Virus record (IMG/VR): IMGVR_UViG_3300007597_000002
Length of the DNA stretch: 64,000 nt
Source: an uncultured virus (IMG/VR IMGVR_UViG_3300007597_000002)
Taxonomy: Duplodnaviria > Heunggongvirae > Uroviricota > Caudoviricetes
Direction: 5' to 3' (one strand)
Both the position numbers and the translations under genes were made by a program. The notes under the pieces are model-generated. The model did no database searches. It had not been told where the DNA came from and was given only the letters and a program-made list of their open reading frames with translations. Below, one piece after another: positions 58,490-64,000 of the stretch. The first letter of the stretch is position 1. Each line of letters opens with the position of its first letter.

Positions 58490-60832
58490 ATGCCTTTCCA
58501 ATTATCTCCAGGCGTTGCAGTCGTAGAAAAAGATTACACATCGATCGTTCCAGCTGTATCTAGCTCTCGTGGAGCGTTTGCTGGTGCTTTCCAATGGGGT
58601 CCAGTTTTGGCTCCTACTCAGGTTAGTTCCGAGAACGAATTAGTTCGTTACTTCGGTAAACCAACTGATGCGAATGCGCAAGCCTTTTTTACTGCAGCGA
58701 ACTTCCTGTCATACACAAATGCTCTCTTAATTTCTCGTGCAGACGTAACTGCAGCTAGAAATGCAGTTGCTACTCAAACTGGTACAGTTACATCAGTCAC
58801 TATGGTGACTGGTGGTACTGGTTACGATGCAACTCTTTTACCTGCTGTTACATTTAGCGCACCTCAAATTACAGGTGGTGCAGCTGCAACTGGTACTGCA
58901 ATTTCTTCTGGTGCTTCTGTTACTGGTGTCACTCTTTCAAATGGTGGTACAGGTTATACTGCAGCAACGCTAACATTTAGTGCGCCTCAAGTTGCGGGCG
59001 GTGTTACTGCTACAGGTACTGCTACTATCGTTAGTGGTTCAATTACTGGTATTACTGTTACTAATGGTGGATCTGGTTACACAACTGCCCCAACTATTAA
59101 CATTACTGCTAATGGTACTAATGCAGCGATCGGTACAGTTTCTCTAGGAACTGCCACTATTACTGGTATCACAGTAACTTCTGCTGGATCTGGTTATACC
59201 GCTGCTCCAAATATATCAGTCGCTTTTGCTGGTTCTGATCAGGGAACTGCATGGTCAGCTACTACAGCATTGGCTCAAAATGTTTACGTTTCTTTTGCTG
59301 GTAGATTATATACAGTTACAGTAGCTGGAACAACAGGTTCTACTGGTCCATCTCATACAACTGGTAGTGTGGCTAACGGCTCTGCTACGTTATTGTTTGT
59401 TAGTACTGCTGCTGCCGCAACTGCAGCTATTACTGTCGGTGGTTTAAAGATCAATAACAATAATGATTACTTGGCTGCTTATGGTAGTGGACAAGCTGTT
59501 GTTGGTGAATTTGCTGCACGTTGCCCTGGAACTTTAGGAAACTCACTATTAGTTTCTCTGGCTGACTCTGCATCTTTTGCTGGTTGGACTTATGCAGCAA
59601 ATTTTGATGCTGCTCCTTCTACTTCAACATATGCAGCAAACAATAATGCTTCTTTAGATGAAGTTCATATTGTTGTTATTGATCAACTTGGTTACTTCAC
59701 TGGAGTTCCAGGTTATGTATTAGAAAAATTTGCGTTTGCTTCTAAAGCATCTGATGCGAAAAAGTCTGATGGTACTAATAACTACTACAAAAATGTAATC
59801 AATACAAACTCAGAATATATCTACTGGATGGATCATACAGCATCAGGTACAGATTGGGGAAGTACTGCAGTTGTTGGAGGTGCTTTTGTTACTGTTGGTA
59901 CAGCTATCACTCGTCAATTGTCTGGTGGTATTGATGGATTGACTGCTACTGCTGGTCAACTACAAACTGCTTATGCATTGTTTGCCGATGATGCTGCTTA
60001 TGATATCTCATTAGTTATGATGGGTAAAGCAGATGCAGCTACAACTGCTGCTGTTATTGGATCGGTTGCAGAAACTCGTCTTGATTGCGTAGTGTTTGCA
60101 TCTCCACAGAACACTTCTACTGGTGATCCAATTATTGGTTCTGGTTCTGGTTCTACAAATGCCATCATTGCTTACCGTAATGCACTTCCAAGTACTTCTT
60201 ATGCAGTACTAGATTCTGGTTGCAAATATCAGTATGATCGCTACAATGACGTATATCGTTGGGTTCCATTGAATGGTGACATTGCTGGTCTATGTGCTCG
60301 CACTGATTACCAACAAGATCCATGGTTCTCTCCAGGTGGTCTAAATCGTGGTCAGATTAAGAGTGTTGTTAAATTAGCACACAATCCTACTAAAGCAGAT
60401 CGTGATCTACTGTACAAAGCTGGTGTAAACCCAGTTGTTACTTTCCCAGGAGAAGGTACAGTTCTATTCGGTGACAAGACTCTCTTGGCTAAACCAAGTG
60501 CGTTCGATCGTATTAACGTGCGTCGTTTGTTTATCGTTATGGAAAAGGCGATTGCTACAGCTGCTAAATTCCAGTTGTTTGAATTCAATGATCCTTTCAC
60601 TCGTGCTCAGTTTAAGAACTTGATCGAGCCATTCCTGCGTGATGTCCAAGGTCGTCGTGGTATTACAGACTTTAGAGTTAAGTGTGATGATTCGAACAAC
60701 ACAGGACAAGTTATTGACGCAAATGAATTTGTTGCTGATATTTTCGTTAAGCCAAATCGTTCTATCAACTACATTACTTTGAACTTTGTTGCTGCTCGCT
60801 CTGGAATTAACTTCAGCGAAGTCGGTGCGTAA
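58490..60832 (+). CDS. gp18: tail sheath gp18 with inserted domains
   Basis: QLSPGV.V.E.D, FQWGP, PWFSPGG..RG, FDRINVRRLF, FEFND..TR. Confidence 0.95.
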   Translation: MPFQLSPGVAVVEKDYTSIVPAVSSSRGAFAGAFQWGPVLAPTQVSSENELVRYFGKPTDANAQAFFTAANFLSYTNALLISRADVTAARNAVATQTGTVTSVTMVTGGTGYDATLLPAVTFSAPQITGGAAATGTAISSGASVTGVTLSNGGTGYTAATLTFSAPQVAGGVTATGTATIVSGSITGITVTNGGSGYTTAPTINITANGTNAAIGTVSLGTATITGITVTSAGSGYTAAPNISVAFAGSDQGTAWSATTALAQNVYVSFAGRLYTVTVAGTTGSTGPSHTTGSVANGSATLLFVSTAAAATAAITVGGLKINNNNDYLAAYGSGQAVVGEFAARCPGTLGNSLLVSLADSASFAGWTYAANFDAAPSTSTYAANNNASLDEVHIVVIDQLGYFTGVPGYVLEKFAFASKASDAKKSDGTNNYYKNVINTNSEYIYWMDHTASGTDWGSTAVVGGAFVTVGTAITRQLSGGIDGLTATAGQLQTAYALFADDAAYDISLVMMGKADAATTAAVIGSVAETRLDCVVFASPQNTSTGDPIIGSGSGSTNAIIAYRNALPSTSYAVLDSGCKYQYDRYNDVYRWVPLNGDIAGLCARTDYQQDPWFSPGGLNRGQIKSVVKLAHNPTKADRDLLYKAGVNPVVTFPGEGTVLFGDKTLLAKPSAFDRINVRRLFIVMEKAIATAAKFQLFEFNDPFTRAQFKNLIEPFLRDVQGRRGITDFRVKCDDSNNTGQVIDANEFVADIFVKPNRSINYITLNFVAARSGINFSEVGA

Positions 60833-60869
60833 TTCAGAATAAATAAAGAAAAGAACAAAGGAGAATTAA

Positions 60870-61457
60870 ATGGCAAATATTGCTGATTTCAAATCACAGA
60901 TGATCGGGGGCGGTGCTCGTCCCAATCAGTTTAGAGTTGAATTATCTTTTCCATCATTTGTTACACTTGGTCCAGTAGCTGGTCAGCGTGCACAGTTTTT
61001 GTGTAAGGCTGCTCAGTTACCTGCTTCTACTTTAGAGAACATCTCTGTTCTCTTCAAAGGTCGCCCAGTTAACTTTGCTGGTGAGCGTACATTCCAACCA
61101 TGGACTGTAACAATTTACAACGATACTACTTTCGGTATTCGTAATGCACTAGAACAGTGGCAATCTGGTATCCAGAATTATGACACTACTCTTGGTCGCA
61201 CAAACCCAACAGACTATCAAGTTGATATGCAAGTGCATCAATTAGATCGTTCTGGTTCTATCATCAAGACTTATAAGTTTGTTGATGCTTATCCTACTAA
61301 CATTTCTGCTATTGGTTTAGATTACGAACAGCAAAATGCTATTGAACAGTTTGATGTAGAGTTCCAATACAACTTCTTTACATCTGCTACAGGTGCATCT
61401 GGTGGCTTTGGAGTTAATGTTTCTATCGACACACCAGTTGGATCTATTCCTCTATAA
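60870..61457 (+). CDS. gp19: tail tube gp19
   Basis: GGARPNQF, CKAAQLP, GERTF..WT.T..ND, QLDR. Confidence 0.95.
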   Translation: MANIADFKSQMIGGGARPNQFRVELSFPSFVTLGPVAGQRAQFLCKAAQLPASTLENISVLFKGRPVNFAGERTFQPWTVTIYNDTTFGIRNALEQWQSGIQNYDTTLGRTNPTDYQVDMQVHQLDRSGSIIKTYKFVDAYPTNISAIGLDYEQQNAIEQFDVEFQYNFFTSATGASGGFGVNVSIDTPVGSIPL

Positions 61458-61477
61458 TTTAACCGAAGGTTTATATA

Positions 61478-63076
61478 ATGCAATTTTTTGGCTTCGAGAT
61501 AAGTCGTAAAAAAGAGAAAGAACTTGGAAGTGTAGTACCTCCGAGTCCTCAAGATGGCGCAACCGTAATAAATACTGGCGTAAATGCTGGTGGTTATTAC
61601 GGTATGGTCATGGATCTGGATGGGGTCGTTAAGAATGAAAATGATCTTATTCGTCGTTATCGTGAAGTTGCTTCATACAGCGACTGCGATATGGCGATTG
61701 AAGATATTATTAATGAAGCAATTGTTACTGATGAACACAAACCATCAGTAGAGATCAACTTAGATGATCTAACTGTTTCAGAAAGTATTAAGAAAAAAAT
61801 TCGTGAAGAGTTTAGGAATATTTTACGTGTTCTAAAATTTGAAGATTGTGGTCATGACACTTTTAGAACTTGGTATATTGATGGTCGTTTATACTATCAT
61901 ATCTTAATAGATGAGAAGAATTTAAAACAAGGTATTGTTGAATTACGTTACATTGATCCTCGCAAAATTCGTCGTATCAAAAACGTAGTTAAAGAAAAAA
62001 CACCACAAGGTGTTGAAGTTATAAAGAACATCGAAGAATACTATCTTTATAACGACAAGGGTATTACTGAAAGTACTACTCAGGGTATTAAGTTATCCTT
62101 AGATTCAGTAGTCTATGTACCATCAGGTTACTTAGATTCAAATACTGGAATGATGATGTCTTATTTACATAAGGCAATCAAACCAGTAAATCAGTTAAAG
62201 ATGATTGAGGATTCTCTAGTCATCTATCGTATTAGTCGTGCACCTGAACGCAGAATTTTTTACATTGATGTAGGTAACTTACCTAAAGTAAAAGCTGAAC
62301 AATATGTTCAGGACATCATGAATAAATTCCGTAACAAGATTGTGTATGATGCCACTACTGGCGAAACTCGTGATGATAGAAAACATCTTTCAATGATGGA
62401 AGATTTCTGGATGCCTCGTCGTGAAGGTGGTAAGGGTACTGAAATTACTACACTTCCAGGTGGTCAGAATCTTGGTGAGATTCAAGACATTGAGTATTTC
62501 CAAAATAAATTATTCCATGCTTTAAATGTTCCAATTGGTCGTTTACAGGAACAAGCAGGATTTAGTATTGGACGAGCAACTGAGATCTCTCGTGACGAGA
62601 TTAAGTTTCATAAATTTGTTGGTCGTCTTCGTAAGAAGTTTTCTAATATATTTACTGATGCATTATATGTTCAGTTAGTAGCTAAAAATATTATTCGTCC
62701 CGATGAATGGGAAGATTTAAAACATGAAATTAGATATGACTACATCGAAGACAATCATTATTCTGAATTAAAAGATAATGAAATTCTTAATGCTAGACTC
62801 GCCACTCTACAATTAGTAGAACCATACATCGGTAAGTTTTATTCTATGGACTGGATTCGTAAAAATATTCTTCAGATGAATGAACAAGAAATGGAAGAGA
62901 TGAGCAAACAGATGGAATCAGATGGTGAGATTCAGATGCAGCATGCTGAGATGGATGGAACTGTTGCAGCTGCGGCACAAGCAGCACAGCAGAACTTTTT
63001 ACAGGCAAATGCACCACAAGCAGATGAAGCACCAACTGACCAAGGTAAACAAGATAATCAAGGAGTGAATAAATGA
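61478..63076 (+). CDS. gp20: portal protein gp20
   Basis: WYIDGR, YR..RAPERRIFYIDVGNLP, EDFWMPRREGGKGTEITTLPGG. Confidence 0.97.
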   Translation: MQFFGFEISRKKEKELGSVVPPSPQDGATVINTGVNAGGYYGMVMDLDGVVKNENDLIRRYREVASYSDCDMAIEDIINEAIVTDEHKPSVEINLDDLTVSESIKKKIREEFRNILRVLKFEDCGHDTFRTWYIDGRLYYHILIDEKNLKQGIVELRYIDPRKIRRIKNVVKEKTPQGVEVIKNIEEYYLYNDKGITESTTQGIKLSLDSVVYVPSGYLDSNTGMMMSYLHKAIKPVNQLKMIEDSLVIYRISRAPERRIFYIDVGNLPKVKAEQYVQDIMNKFRNKIVYDATTGETRDDRKHLSMMEDFWMPRREGGKGTEITTLPGGQNLGEIQDIEYFQNKLFHALNVPIGRLQEQAGFSIGRATEISRDEIKFHKFVGRLRKKFSNIFTDALYVQLVAKNIIRPDEWEDLKHEIRYDYIEDNHYSELKDNEILNARLATLQLVEPYIGKFYSMDWIRKNILQMNEQEMEEMSKQMESDGEIQMQHAEMDGTVAAAAQAAQQNFLQANAPQADEAPTDQGKQDNQGVNK

Positions 63077-63276
63077 GTGAAACAGTGAAAAATTTAGTAG
63101 ATGCGATTCAAGCCAAAGATGCAATTGGAACAGAGGCTGCATTTCAAGCAGCAATGGCAGAAAAGATTTCTGCTAGATTAGACAGTATGCGTCAAGACGT
63201 TGCACAGAGTATGTTTAAAACTCAAGAGGTAGAAGTATCTACTGAAGAGCCAAACGCAGAAACAGAAGTAGAATAA
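63073..63276 (+). CDS. prohead core protein (gp67 position)
   Basis: Small acidic helical protein directly after the portal gene. Confidence 0.6.
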   Translation: MSETVKNLVDAIQAKDAIGTEAAFQAAMAEKISARLDSMRQDVAQSMFKTQEVEVSTEEPNAETEVE

Positions 63277-63821
63277 TGCGTTACTACCAATTAACAAAAT
63301 CTTTAAAGAGATCTGATGTTGTCGAAAGCATCAGATCTTACTCACATCTGATTGAAAGAACATCAGAAAATAAGATTTTGATTAATGGCGTAGAGTCAAA
63401 GTATAAAAGTTTGGAAGAAGCAAAAGATTTTATCAAACAAGAATATATCTCGCAAAAATTAGAAGAACAAGTATCAAAAGAATCATACGACGAATTATCA
63501 GACGAAAAAGTCGCTAGTATTATCAAAGAATACCATGATGTAAAAGTTACAGATACGTTAATAGAAACATATATTAAACTTGCTTCTTCCAACATTTTTA
63601 ACGTAGACCCTGTTGTTCAGAATATTCGTTCTTTGAATAAACTTGACAGAATCGTTGAAGGTAAATTACACTACGTGCTTGCTGATGAAACTATTGTTGC
63701 AATTAATCAGCAAACGCAAGATCACCTAAATAAGTTATTAGGTAATCAACCAGAGATTATCGAGTACATGCGAGAGTCAAAAGAGAACTTCTGTCATGTG
63801 CTTGAACAAATAGAGGAATAA
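63276..63821 (+). CDS. hypothetical head-region protein
   Basis: 181 aa, coupled to the upstream stop. Confidence 0.65.
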   Translation: MRYYQLTKSLKRSDVVESIRSYSHLIERTSENKILINGVESKYKSLEEAKDFIKQEYISQKLEEQVSKESYDELSDEKVASIIKEYHDVKVTDTLIETYIKLASSNIFNVDPVVQNIRSLNKLDRIVEGKLHYVLADETIVAINQQTQDHLNKLLGNQPEIIEYMRESKENFCHVLEQIEE

Positions 63822-63824
63822 CAA

Positions 63825-64000
63825 ATGGCTGTCACCAAGACTATTTTAAAGAACACTAATTTAGAGACTGTTGTCAAAATTAGTGGTACTGCAGCATCTG
63901 CTACTATTAGTTTAGCAACTGATTGTTTAGCATCTACACAAGCACTTTCTGGTGGAACACAGACTGTTGACATCATTACTTCTCAAGTAACTGGTCTATT
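63825..64000 (+). CDS. virion protein, 3'-truncated by the window edge
   Basis: GAGGA SD; MAVTKTILKNTNLETVVKISG... is open to the end of the window. Confidence 0.65.
   Translation, partial: MAVTKTILKNTNLETVVKISGTAASATISLATDCLASTQALSGGTQTVDIITSQVTGL

Noticed and set aside
56830..63076. Introns or inteins in terminase, sheath or portal
   Set aside because: ORFs are uninterrupted; extra sheath length is explained by repeat and CBM-like inserts; no intein or homing endonuclease motifs noticed.
1..64000. Stop-codon recoding
   Set aside because: Core genes are full length and densely packed under code 11.

Overview
A 64 kb segment of a lytic T4-like (Tevenvirinae-related) myophage genome, AT-rich, standard genetic code. 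The host is probably a Gram-negative aquatic bacterium, and the tmRNA tag hints at Betaproteobacteria. All product calls come from motif recognition and synteny; no database searches were run. Bases 1-12 kb hold accessory and replication genes: a DenV-like glycosylase, three 2OG-Fe(II) oxygenases, PhoH, a GH19 endolysin, a PD-(D/E)XK exonuclease, an outer-membrane beta-barrel, a SleB hydrolase, ClpP, GP88, gp33, gp59 and gp32. Bases 12-17.7 kb are a minus-strand tail/packaging block (tape measure, gp51, gp26, gp16, holin, gp54, gp2, gp4). Bases 17.7-64 kb are the plus-strand baseplate, fibre, neck, terminase, sheath, tube and portal genes. The most notable observations are: (1) a tail fibre ending in a His-rich/NCxNCNCNC peptide, directly followed by a cassette with a radical SAM/SPASM enzyme, a signal-less DctP-like binding protein and an AsnB-like ATP pyrophosphatase, a candidate RiPP-like system for post-translationally modifying the fibre; (2) a circularly permuted two-piece tmRNA whose intervening segment encodes a 35-aa CxxC/HxC micro-ORF; (3) a predicted -1 frameshift fusing gp26 to gp51 in front of the tape measure gene; (4) two covarying copies of a small H-type pseudoknot motif.
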